DNA of 26,264 nt. Source: an uncultured bacterium. Lineage in GTDB: Bacteria; Hydrothermota; UBA3072. Shown one piece after another: positions 1 through 7,197 of the stretch. Made by a program: the position numbers and the translations under genes. Position 1 is the stretch's first letter, and each line of letters opens with the position of its first letter. The stretch is taken from NCBI GenBank assembly GCA_964594255.1, contig CAZQNI010000001.1, forward strand, positions 1-26,264. The letters are read 5' to 3'. The notes below the pieces were generated by a model. The model was not told where the DNA came from and did no database searches. It worked only from the letters and a program-made list of their open reading frames with translations.

Positions 1-39
1 TTTGTAATTTTCCATTTTGATATTTGATTTTTTAATTAT
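1..39 (+). repeat. Intergenic heptamer-arm element E1 (arm B only; remainder lies left of the window)
   Basis: tttgtaattttccattttgatatttgattttttaattat matches arm B of the copies at 3241-3293 (reverse complement), 6321-6376 and 9635-9686. Confidence 0.85.
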
Positions 40-54
40 TGCGGCCTTGCCGCA
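40..54. repeat. Mini-hairpin TGCGGC-CTT-GCCGCA capping E1
   Basis: Perfect 6-bp stem with a 3-nt loop. The equivalent AGCGGC-AAA-GCCGCT at 21559-21573 abuts the same arm type of E5. Confidence 0.75.
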
Positions 55-274
55 TTATGTAAAATATTATTGACTAAAGGAAAAAATTTAGCTTTCTGCG
101 AAATATAATTGCATTATGCGAGACACTTTGCGAATTAAGAGTTTATTAATCAAGTGCTTATCTGATGGAATAAAAGTTGTATGTACAGCAAATAGTTCTT
201 TGGTAATTTAGCAGGCGGTAGTGATTGGTTATTAAGGTTATGTCTGAATTAATAACTTTTAAAGGGAGGTGAAA

Positions 275-832
275 ATGAGGAAATTGATTCTTCTAACTTC
301 AATTTTGCCTGTAATGCTTTTTGCTCAGGGTCGTATCACGGGTCCAAGTCCTCAATCTATGATTGCGACTTTGACTTTTATCATTCCAACGTCTGTTGGA
401 ATATATGTGAACAACGATGCTGAGTGGGATTTTAGCAATATAACGCTTAATTCGAGTAATCCCATTTACCCTCCTGCTCTTTATCCAGAGCAATATTATC
501 CAACAACCCCAGCTGCGTCTCCTTATCAGCAGTTAGAATATATGGTAGCTGGTTCCCAATCTGGGAGTCCTGTTAATTGGGTTCTTACAGTTTACGGAAG
601 TGCAGATCCGGGAAGCGGTGTACTTCTTTCGGACATAGAGCATAGTCCTGCGGGAATGGGTTCCTGGGATGTGTTTAATACGTCAGCTGCACCCGATACT
701 CTCGCGAACGGAAGCGGTAATACTGGAGGATGGCAGTCCCTCAATCAAGATTATAGAGTGACTTTAGACGGTGATGAAGAACAGACTGCTGGTGTGAGCT
801 GTGTCTTAACTTATACTATTCAGACTGATTAA
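275..832 (+). CDS. Secreted hypothetical protein, probably a beta-sandwich (pilin/WxL-like C-terminal strand)
   Basis: SD GGAGGT at 265-270 favours ATG 275 over GTG 269. Signal peptide MRKLILLTSILPVMLFA; T/S/G/P-rich body; ends VLTYTIQTD; followed by a terminator. The fold is inferred. Confidence 0.8.
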   Translation: MRKLILLTSILPVMLFAQGRITGPSPQSMIATLTFIIPTSVGIYVNNDAEWDFSNITLNSSNPIYPPALYPEQYYPTTPAASPYQQLEYMVAGSQSGSPVNWVLTVYGSADPGSGVLLSDIEHSPAGMGSWDVFNTSAAPDTLANGSGNTGGWQSLNQDYRVTLDGDEEQTAGVSCVLTYTIQTD

Positions 833-871
833 CCAATAGTCATTTCCACTAAAGAAGTCTGCTAATAGAAC

Positions 872-899
872 AAAAAGGGCGTCAAAAAACGCCCTTTTT
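872..899. terminator. Bidirectional intrinsic terminator
   Basis: AAAAAGGGCGT-caaaaa-ACGCCCTTTTT: perfect 11-bp inverted repeat with A/T tails, between convergent genes. Confidence 0.9.
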
Positions 900-1000
900 A
901 TTTCTATAGTAAAAAACCTTTTTATCGGCGAATTATCCCATTCCTAAACAATCATCCTTACCTTATAGGTCAAAGCAGGGAAAACGGGATACGTTACGTG

Positions 1001-1888
1001 TTACTTAACGCAGATAGCTTTACCGGTTGCTTCTCCTGTATCGGTAGCAACTCTGGTTAAATAAACACCGGCAGCCAAGTCCAAAGGAATGCTGTAGGTA
1101 CCAGCAGGCTGCATGCCAACAGGTATTTCTAATTGCTTTCGACCGGTCAGATCGAAGACCTGTATGATTACCGGTCCACTGGTGTTAATTGCATACTTGA
1201 TGCAGTTAATCGAACCCCTGGCAATGCTAACTCCGTTACCCTGTTCCGGTATTTTAATTCCTGCCTGGCCGGTGGTGTCACAGTACTGACTGGGTACTCT
1301 TCCTTTTGAGCTGATAGCGTCAAAATACAGTGTACAAGCTGGCGGATTAACCTCTGGGTTTGTATGTATTTCGAAATCGCTTTGTATGATTCCAGTCGTG
1401 ATCTCTAAATCATCCGAAATACCATCTTTTAATTCATTCCACCTACCAAAATGTAAATTTCGGGGGTAGTAAGTCGTATGTCCATCATGTTCCCAATCCT
1501 GGTTTCTTACGAAGATAAAGATACTATCGATTGGGGCGTTCCAGGGAATATAAACATAATAATACATCGTATCTCTATTTTCTACGCCGATCAAAAAAGA
1601 TGTATCCCGGTTCTCAGGCTGAGAACCTATGACCGCGTTCTTAGCCATGATATTCCACCTTATACCTTCATGAGTCATACACATCTGGATCGAATGAGTA
1701 CCATGCCACCATTTTTTACCCTCAACAATTGAAAAATCTTCTGGATCACTGTCTCTATAGCCTGTTATAAAGGGTTCCATACCTTCATAATCTGTCTCAT
1801 TGGGCTCAAAACTAAACGCATCTTTTGCAAATGTAGTTAAAGAAAACATTAATATGAGAGCAAATGACAGTAAAATAAACTTTCTCAA
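1001..1888 (-). CDS. Secreted protein: putative carbohydrate-binding (galactose-binding-like) domain plus T9SS/FlgD-type C-terminal domain
   Basis: SD AAGGAGGT (1900-1893) precedes in-frame TTG at 1888 (MRKFILLSFALILMFSLTTFA signal peptide). The C-terminus IIQVFDLTGRK...G.Y...LAAGVYLTRV...TGKAICVK is typical of Por/T9SS-like sorting domains. The Trp/Tyr-rich core ending LYFDAI looks CBM-like. Confidence 0.75.
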   Translation of the reverse strand: MRKFILLSFALILMFSLTTFAKDAFSFEPNETDYEGMEPFITGYRDSDPEDFSIVEGKKWWHGTHSIQMCMTHEGIRWNIMAKNAVIGSQPENRDTSFLIGVENRDTMYYYVYIPWNAPIDSIFIFVRNQDWEHDGHTTYYPRNLHFGRWNELKDGISDDLEITTGIIQSDFEIHTNPEVNPPACTLYFDAISSKGRVPSQYCDTTGQAGIKIPEQGNGVSIARGSINCIKYAINTSGPVIIQVFDLTGRKQLEIPVGMQPAGTYSIPLDLAAGVYLTRVATDTGEATGKAICVK

Positions 1889-2005
1889 ATTTACCTCCTT
1901 TACGTTTAACCTAAACCTAAATTCGTACAATTCTTCTAATTTTTATACGCTGCCTTGGCTCGTTTTCGTAGTTTCCATTTCAACAAGCCCCTCCACCTAT
2001 TATTT

Positions 2006-2034
2006 ATTATATAAATACTTTGATGGTTTGTCAA
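2006..2034 (-). promoter_or_regulatory. Sigma70-type promoter for the 1001-1888 gene
   Basis: Minus strand TTGACA (2034-2029), 17-bp spacer, TATAAT (2011-2006): perfect consensus. Confidence 0.75.
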
Positions 2035-2165
2035 GAGTTAAATTACAACTTATTTCTACTCTTTTACCTTACCCATAAATCAGATAAAAATCTATCCTAG
2101 CCGATAATTTCACTAAGGTAAAACTTAGATTATGTGTCGCGCTGCTAATTTACAAAGAGCTAAAA

Positions 2166-3155
2166 TTATTTAACAAATTGTTTTATTTCGTTCCTGACTA
2201 TTGCAGAAATTTTGTAATCTTTTTTTAAACAGCTTAAGACCAGCGGAAATCTTTCTTTTAATATCAAAATATTAACCTGTGAATACTTTTCCCCCTTGAT
2301 TATTGTCGGTTCATCAGCACATAATTCTTCCGATATTAAGTAATTTCTAACCATTTCAACCTTATTATTGGTGACGTTGAACTTAACGTCAAAATATCTC
2401 CTTGCTGTTACTGCGCCGTACAACTGCTGAAATATATCTTCTGCCTTTTTCTTCTTCCATTTATCGCAAGTAGGCCCCCCATAAAGACTGGCACTCGAAT
2501 GCATGATTTCTTCTATTTCTTTTAAACCATAATCTTTCAATGTTTTTCCGCTTTGCACATTATCTACTATAATATCCGCTCCCTTTGCTATATAGCCTTC
2601 TGTTACTCCATCAGAACTTATAATTTGAACCAATTCGTTTTCTCCTTCAATAAGCCCTCTGATTTGAACTATCGGACTTTTTGTTCCATAATTCGAAATA
2701 TAGGCTTCATTTTTTACAATATAATCTTTCGTAATATTAATATACTCGGTAAAGCATAGAATTGCGTTTTTCCTTTTTTTATTAAAGAAATCGCCAAAAG
2801 ATTCAAAAGAAAGGTTGTTCGGAATAGCCGCAACAATTCTTGTCTTACCGTATTCCAAATCACCTATTTTAAAAATATTGTTTCGGGAATTGGCTATACT
2901 CTCTTCCGTAACCCAATCATCACCGACTATTGCAATATCTAGAAAACCTTTATTCAGTTCTACCGGGGCACTCTGAGGTCGAACAAGATAAACTTCAATC
3001 TCCGGATCGTTTAATATTTTCAATTTTTTGTCGGACTCATTTCCGGGTTCATATCCCATTATATCATATCCCGAGTCAATGAGTAATTGATGAGTATTTC
3101 CTCTATCTTTTGTATTTAAGCTACCCTTAGGGAGACCTAATTTAATTGTATTCAT
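2166..3155 (-). CDS. hisG: ATP phosphoribosyltransferase, long form with C-terminal regulatory domain
   Basis: KLGLPKGSL, VRPQSAP..L..G.LDIAIVGDDW..E, DLEYGKTRIVAAIP, G.TE...GADIIVDNVQSGKTLKDYGL and a C-terminal YFDVKFNV...PTI domain. SD GGAGGG 7 nt upstream of ATG 3155 (the track's TTG 3170 is less likely). Confidence 0.9.
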   Translation of the reverse strand: MNTIKLGLPKGSLNTKDRGNTHQLLIDSGYDIMGYEPGNESDKKLKILNDPEIEVYLVRPQSAPVELNKGFLDIAIVGDDWVTEESIANSRNNIFKIGDLEYGKTRIVAAIPNNLSFESFGDFFNKKRKNAILCFTEYINITKDYIVKNEAYISNYGTKSPIVQIRGLIEGENELVQIISSDGVTEGYIAKGADIIVDNVQSGKTLKDYGLKEIEEIMHSSASLYGGPTCDKWKKKKAEDIFQQLYGAVTARRYFDVKFNVTNNKVEMVRNYLISEELCADEPTIIKGEKYSQVNILILKERFPLVLSCLKKDYKISAIVRNEIKQFVK

Positions 3156-3176
3156 CCGCAAACCCTCCAAATAAAA

Positions 3177-3204
3177 AATATAGTCGCCTTTATTCCTTTG
3201 TCAA
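3177..3204 (-). promoter_or_regulatory. Sigma70-type promoter for hisG
   Basis: TTGACA (3204-3199), 16-bp spacer, TATATT (3182-3177). Confidence 0.65.
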
Positions 3205-3240
3205 GCTCCGATATCACCACACAACACCAACAAACCCCCA

Positions 3241-3414
3241 AAAATTAAAAATTAAATATCAAAATGGAAAATTACAAATTAAAGTTCAAAAATATACTAA
3301 AAAAAACAACAAATAAGAAATCCCATTTGATCTGCGTAAATTCGCGTGCTATCATTTTTTAGTTTTTACGTTTTCATTTGTCATTTTGCTTTTTAATTTT
3401 TAATATTTAATTTC
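3241..3414 (-). repeat. Intergenic heptamer-arm element E2 (complete, reverse orientation)
   Basis: Arms 3241-3293 and 3362-3414 align as an ungapped imperfect inverted repeat (40/53 matches by hand count) made of ~7-bp units (AAAAATT, AAATATC, AAAATGG). Each arm matches the corresponding arm in E3, E4 and E5. Confidence 0.9.
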
Positions 3415-3496
3415 TTACGAAAAATAAATAAGACGAGTCATTTTATCAAAAAACAAAAAGATAGAATTATAGTACTATATAATTATAAAATAGCAC

Positions 3497-3524
3497 TTGA
3501 TATTTTTATTAAATCATATATTCT
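3497..3524 (+). promoter_or_regulatory. Possible sigma70 promoter for the MBL hydrolase
   Basis: TTGATA, 16-bp spacer, TATTCT. The context is very AT-rich, so chance matches are possible. Confidence 0.4.
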
Positions 3525-3558
3525 CCATAAAGATAAATGTATTATTAAGGAGGTCAAG

Positions 3559-4923
3559 GTGAAAATAGAATTTTACGGGGCGACAAAAGAGGTTACAGGA
3601 AGTAAATTTTTGCTAATCTCTAATGGTATTAAAGTACTAATCGAATGCGGTCTTTTTCAGGGAAGGCGAAAAGAGGCGGAAAAGAAAAACCGAGAATTTT
3701 TGTTTAATATTGAAGATATTGACTATATGCTTCTTTCTCACGCGCACATTGACCATTCAGGTAATATACCAAATCTGGTGAAAAACGGATTTTCCCAGGA
3801 TATCTACACAACCCCTGCGACTATTGATCTCCTCAAATATCTCCTACTCGATTCGGCTTACATCCATGAAAGAGACGCCGAATATATTAATAAAAAGATA
3901 ATGAAAAAGGGAGAAGACCCAATAGAGCCTCTATATACAGTTGAGGACGCTAAAGAATCACTTAACCTTTTTAAACCCAAAGTTTACGAAAATAAGCATC
4001 AAAGAGGCATTAATTTCGAGTTTTTGGATGCCGGTCATATACTGGGTTCATCTGAGATTATAATGGAGTTAGAGGGGAAAAGAATTCTTTTTACCGGTGA
4101 CCTTGGGAGAAGCAACCTTCCTATAATAAGGAATCCTAAAGTACCGGGAAAGGTAGACATACTTATTATAGAAAGCACCTACGGCAATAGATTACATAGA
4201 GATATAGAAAATGCAAAAAAAGACCTTGAGGAAATCTTAAAAAGAGCCATAAATAGAAAAGGCAAAGTTATAATTCCTTCATTCGCGCTTGAAAGAGCCC
4301 AGGAAATAATATACGCAATCAATTCGCTGATAATAAACGGAAAAATACCTGAAATACCCATTTATGTTGATTCTCCTCTTACTGTTGAGATAACAAGTGT
4401 ATTTATTAAACATCCAGAATATTTTGACAAAGAGGCATACAGAATGCTCCAGGAAAATCACATTTTTAACTATGGAAAGATAAGCTACATAAAGGATGTG
4501 GAACAATCGAAAGCATTAAATACTAAAGAAGGACCTATGATTATAATCTCAGCTTCGGGTATGTGTGAGCACGGAAGAATACTGCATCATTTGAAGAACA
4601 ATATTGAAGATGAGAGAAATGTAATACTCATTGTGGGATACCAGGCAAAAAACACTCTCGGCAGGAAACTTGTTGAAAAACAGGAAGTAGTGAATATCTT
4701 CGGTCAGCCTTATGAAAGGAGAGCAGAGGTTGTTGTCCTTAATGAATTCAGCGCGCATGCTGATAGAAACGACCTTGTATCTTTCGTAGAGAAAGTCTCA
4801 CCAGAAAGAATCTTCTTAGTTCACGGAGAAGAAGACCAGATGGAGCCTCTTGGTGTGAGTTTAAAGGAAATGGGATATAATGTTGAGATGCCTGAGGTAC
4901 CGGGAACTAAATACGAGATATGA
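3559..4923 (+). CDS. Metallo-beta-lactamase/beta-CASP fold hydrolase (YSH1/TTHA0252-like RNase family)
   Basis: GATKEVTGS, ECGLFQG, SHAHIDHSG (HxHxDH), AGHILGS, TGDLG, ESTYG, SASGMCEHGRILHHL, FSAHAD and LVHGE motifs. SD AAGGAGG before GTG. Confidence 0.93.
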   Translation: MKIEFYGATKEVTGSKFLLISNGIKVLIECGLFQGRRKEAEKKNREFLFNIEDIDYMLLSHAHIDHSGNIPNLVKNGFSQDIYTTPATIDLLKYLLLDSAYIHERDAEYINKKIMKKGEDPIEPLYTVEDAKESLNLFKPKVYENKHQRGINFEFLDAGHILGSSEIIMELEGKRILFTGDLGRSNLPIIRNPKVPGKVDILIIESTYGNRLHRDIENAKKDLEEILKRAINRKGKVIIPSFALERAQEIIYAINSLIINGKIPEIPIYVDSPLTVEITSVFIKHPEYFDKEAYRMLQENHIFNYGKISYIKDVEQSKALNTKEGPMIIISASGMCEHGRILHHLKNNIEDERNVILIVGYQAKNTLGRKLVEKQEVVNIFGQPYERRAEVVVLNEFSAHADRNDLVSFVEKVSPERIFLVHGEEDQMEPLGVSLKEMGYNVEMPEVPGTKYEI

Positions 4924-4951
4924 GAAATATGTATGAAGAAATTACTAAACC

Positions 4952-4979
4952 TTGACATTTAATCAGAAAATTTTATATT
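4952..4979 (+). promoter_or_regulatory. Sigma70-type promoter for the DUF378 gene
   Basis: TTGACA (4952-4957), 16-bp spacer, TATATT (4974-4979). Confidence 0.65.
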
Positions 4980-5003
4980 AGTAAAGGAAAAAGGAGGTGT
5001 AGT

Positions 5004-5204
5004 ATGAAAAAATTAAATATTATTGACATTATTGCCCTGATTCTCTTGATCATTGGCGGATTAAACTGGGGACTCGCGCTATTTAACATCAACTTAGTTC
5101 CACTTATATTCCGTGTAGATATATTAATAAAAATCGTATACGCGCTTGTCGGAATATCCGCAATTTACATTTTAGTCATTATAGGTAAATTGGGCAAAAA
5201 ATAG
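5004..5204 (+). CDS. DUF378 (YuzA-like) small membrane protein
   Basis: IALILLIIGGLNWGL..FNINLV..IF...IVYALVGISAIY matches the DUF378 signature. SD AAGGAGGT. Confidence 0.9.
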   Translation: MKKLNIIDIIALILLIIGGLNWGLALFNINLVPLIFRVDILIKIVYALVGISAIYILVIIGKLGKK

Positions 5205-5221
5205 TAGAGAAGTTAATTTCA

Positions 5222-5263
5222 TATTACAAAACGGGTGATTTATCAATCACCCGTTTTGTAATA
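5222..5263. terminator. Bidirectional terminator hairpin between DUF378 and xth
   Basis: TATTACAAAACGGGTGATT-tatc-AATCACCCGTTTTGTAATA: perfect 19-bp inverted repeat between convergent genes. Confidence 0.85.
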
Positions 5264-5331
5264 AAATAGATTTTTTATTGTTTTTCAGAGTAATAGACTT
5301 CTTCTACATATTTATAGAGGCGAGCGCGGTA

Positions 5332-6099
5332 TTATTTTATTCGCAGAAGAATAGGGGCATGGTCAGAACCATACACATCCGAAAGGATAACCGACTTCTC
5401 CACTCTATCAATTAAACCCGCAGTTACAAAAAAATAATCTATCCTCCAGCCAATATTTTTCTTTCTTGCATTGAACCTGTAAGTCCACCAAGTGTACGTT
5501 TCGGCTCTTACAGGATAAAAATGCCTGAATGTATCGAAATATCCTTTTTCCAACAGTTTATCAATCCATTCTCTCTCAATAGGGAGAAATCCCGAATACT
5601 TTTCGTTTTCTTTTGGGTTTGCAAGATCTATCTCTCTGTGAGCGGTGTTGAAATCTCCTGTAATTACAAGTTCCTCGCCTTGCTCTCTAAGCCCCTCACA
5701 TAATTCCAAAAATGCATCATAATAGTCAAGTTTAAATTTAAGACGCTCTTCACTGCTTTTTCCGTTTGGGAAATAAACGTTAAGTAAAGTAAAATCAGGG
5801 TATTTTAGCCTGATAAGTCTACCTTCATTATCAAACCGTTCTATTCCAATACCAAAATCAACTTCTTCGCATTTTTCTTTTGATAGGACTAAAACTCCGC
5901 TGTATCCCTTTCTTTCTGCTGAATTCCAATAAGAATTATATCCTTCAAGATTAAGAAATTCTTCTAATTCTATCTGAGTTTTATCTGCTTTTATCTCCTG
6001 TAAACAGAGCACATCGGGTTTTTGGCTTTCGAACCATTGGCTAAAACCTTTTTTTAGTATCGCCCGGAGACCATTTACGTTGAAGGAAACAATATCCAT
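5332..6099 (-). CDS. xth: Exodeoxyribonuclease III / AP endonuclease
   Basis: SFNVNGLRA, DVLCLQEIK, GYSGV, EGR, NVYFPNG, GDFNTAH, YTWWTYR..AR.KNIGWRIDYF and SDHAP motifs. Confidence 0.96.
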   Translation of the reverse strand: MDIVSFNVNGLRAILKKGFSQWFESQKPDVLCLQEIKADKTQIELEEFLNLEGYNSYWNSAERKGYSGVLVLSKEKCEEVDFGIGIERFDNEGRLIRLKYPDFTLLNVYFPNGKSSEERLKFKLDYYDAFLELCEGLREQGEELVITGDFNTAHREIDLANPKENEKYSGFLPIEREWIDKLLEKGYFDTFRHFYPVRAETYTWWTYRFNARKKNIGWRIDYFFVTAGLIDRVEKSVILSDVYGSDHAPILLRIK

Positions 6100-6177
6100 A
6101 TGTTATATAGTATTACCAGTCAATTTTTTGTTTTTTGCAAAAGAATATATCATTTAATTCTACCGCCTTTCTCTACT

Positions 6178-6376
6178 AAATCAAATATAAAAAATTAAAA
6201 TGCAAAATGACAGATAAAAATGTGAAATTATTCCTTCCCCCAACTTTAAAACCCAAAAAATCTTTGTGCTCTTTGTAATCTTTGTGGTTCGATCACTATT
6301 CGGTGGGATGTTGAGTTTTAGATTTTTGAACTTTGATTTGTCGTTTTCCATTTTGATATTTAAATTTTACATTTTG
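6178..6376 (+). repeat. Intergenic heptamer-arm element E3 with an internal 9-bp tandem repeat
   Basis: Arm A 6178-6228 and arm B 6321-6376. 6203-6244 vs 9532-9573 match 38/42; 6321-6341 vs 9635-9655 match 21/21. The core has tttgtgctc/tttgtaatc/tttgtggtt (6263-6289). The element ends at the base next to the hisF stop codon. Confidence 0.9.
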
Positions 6377-7141
6377 TTATAGCTTTACATTCAGGCCTTT
6401 TTCCCTCAAATATTTTTTAACCTCTTCGATGCTTAAAATACGGAAGTGAAAAACCGAAGCTGCTAAAAGAATATTGGCTCCCCCTTCGACTACTCCTTTA
6501 TAAAAATGTTCAAGAGTTCCTGCACCACCCGAAGCGATTACCGGCAGACTGACCTCGTCGGAAATTGCTCTGGTAAACTCTATATCATACCCTGCTTTGG
6601 TTCCATCACCGTCCATACTCGTGGGCAGAATTACTCCTGCCCCCAGTTCTTCACACTGCTTTGCCCACTCTACCGCATCTTTTCCTACGGGTTTTGTGCC
6701 TCCCGCGACTACTACCTCAAATCCTGAAGGCATTTCATTATTTCTTCTGCCGTCAATTGCTATCGTTATCTTTTCTGAGCCGAAAGCAGAAACCGCATCA
6801 TTAACCAAGTCCGGATTTTTCACTGCTGCGCTATTCATAGAAATCTTATCCGCACCGGCATCAAGAACTAACTTTATATCCTCTAAAGTCGAAATTCCGC
6901 CCCCGACTGTCAAAGGGATATTGATAACCGAAGAAACGTTTTTAACCCATTCCAGCCGTGTTTTTCTGTTTTCCAGAGTTGCAGCGATATCCAGCATGGC
7001 AAGCTCATCCGCACCTTCTTTTTGATAAAACGCAGCGTTTTCTACAGGATCTCCTGCTTCTTTCAAATTAACAAAATGAACACCTTTAACGACACGTCCT
7101 TCTTTCATGTCCAGACAGGGCATAATTTTTATCTTATCCAT
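6377..7141 (-). CDS. hisF: Imidazole glycerol phosphate synthase cyclase subunit
   Basis: IMPCLD..GRVVKG, GDPVE.A..Y..EGADEL..LDI.A, IPLTVGGGI, GADKISMNSAAV, AIDG, ILPTSMDGDGTKAGYD, PVIASGGAG, LAASVFH. Catalytic Asp residues are present. Confidence 0.95.
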   Translation of the reverse strand: MDKIKIMPCLDMKEGRVVKGVHFVNLKEAGDPVENAAFYQKEGADELAMLDIAATLENRKTRLEWVKNVSSVINIPLTVGGGISTLEDIKLVLDAGADKISMNSAAVKNPDLVNDAVSAFGSEKITIAIDGRRNNEMPSGFEVVVAGGTKPVGKDAVEWAKQCEELGAGVILPTSMDGDGTKAGYDIEFTRAISDEVSLPVIASGGAGTLEHFYKGVVEGGANILLAASVFHFRILSIEEVKKYLREKGLNVKL

Positions 7142-7197
7142 ATTTTCTCCCTTTTTTTAAAACGAACATATTATTATTTTTAAATATAAGCTTTCAG

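Noticed and set aside
110-268. Riboswitch (e.g. c-di-GMP) in the long region upstream of the first gene
   Set aside because: I could not find the conserved motifs or a convincing stem set by eye. An Rfam/Infernal scan would be decisive.
1935-1995. Tiny upstream ORF (METTKTSQGSV) after a GGAGG in the leader of the 1001-1888 gene, minus strand
   Set aside because: SD spacing is poor (11 nt), and there is no attenuator structure or informative codon run.
6281-6310. GGTTCGATC resembling a tRNA T-loop
   Set aside because: The flanks do not pair into a T-stem and no cloverleaf can be built; it is the end of a nonamer arm.
6377-7141. HisF2/WbuZ-type paralog for glycan amidination
   Set aside because: The sequence keeps canonical HisF motifs, and there is no adjacent HisH paralog, N-acetyl sugar amidotransferase or polysaccharide locus.
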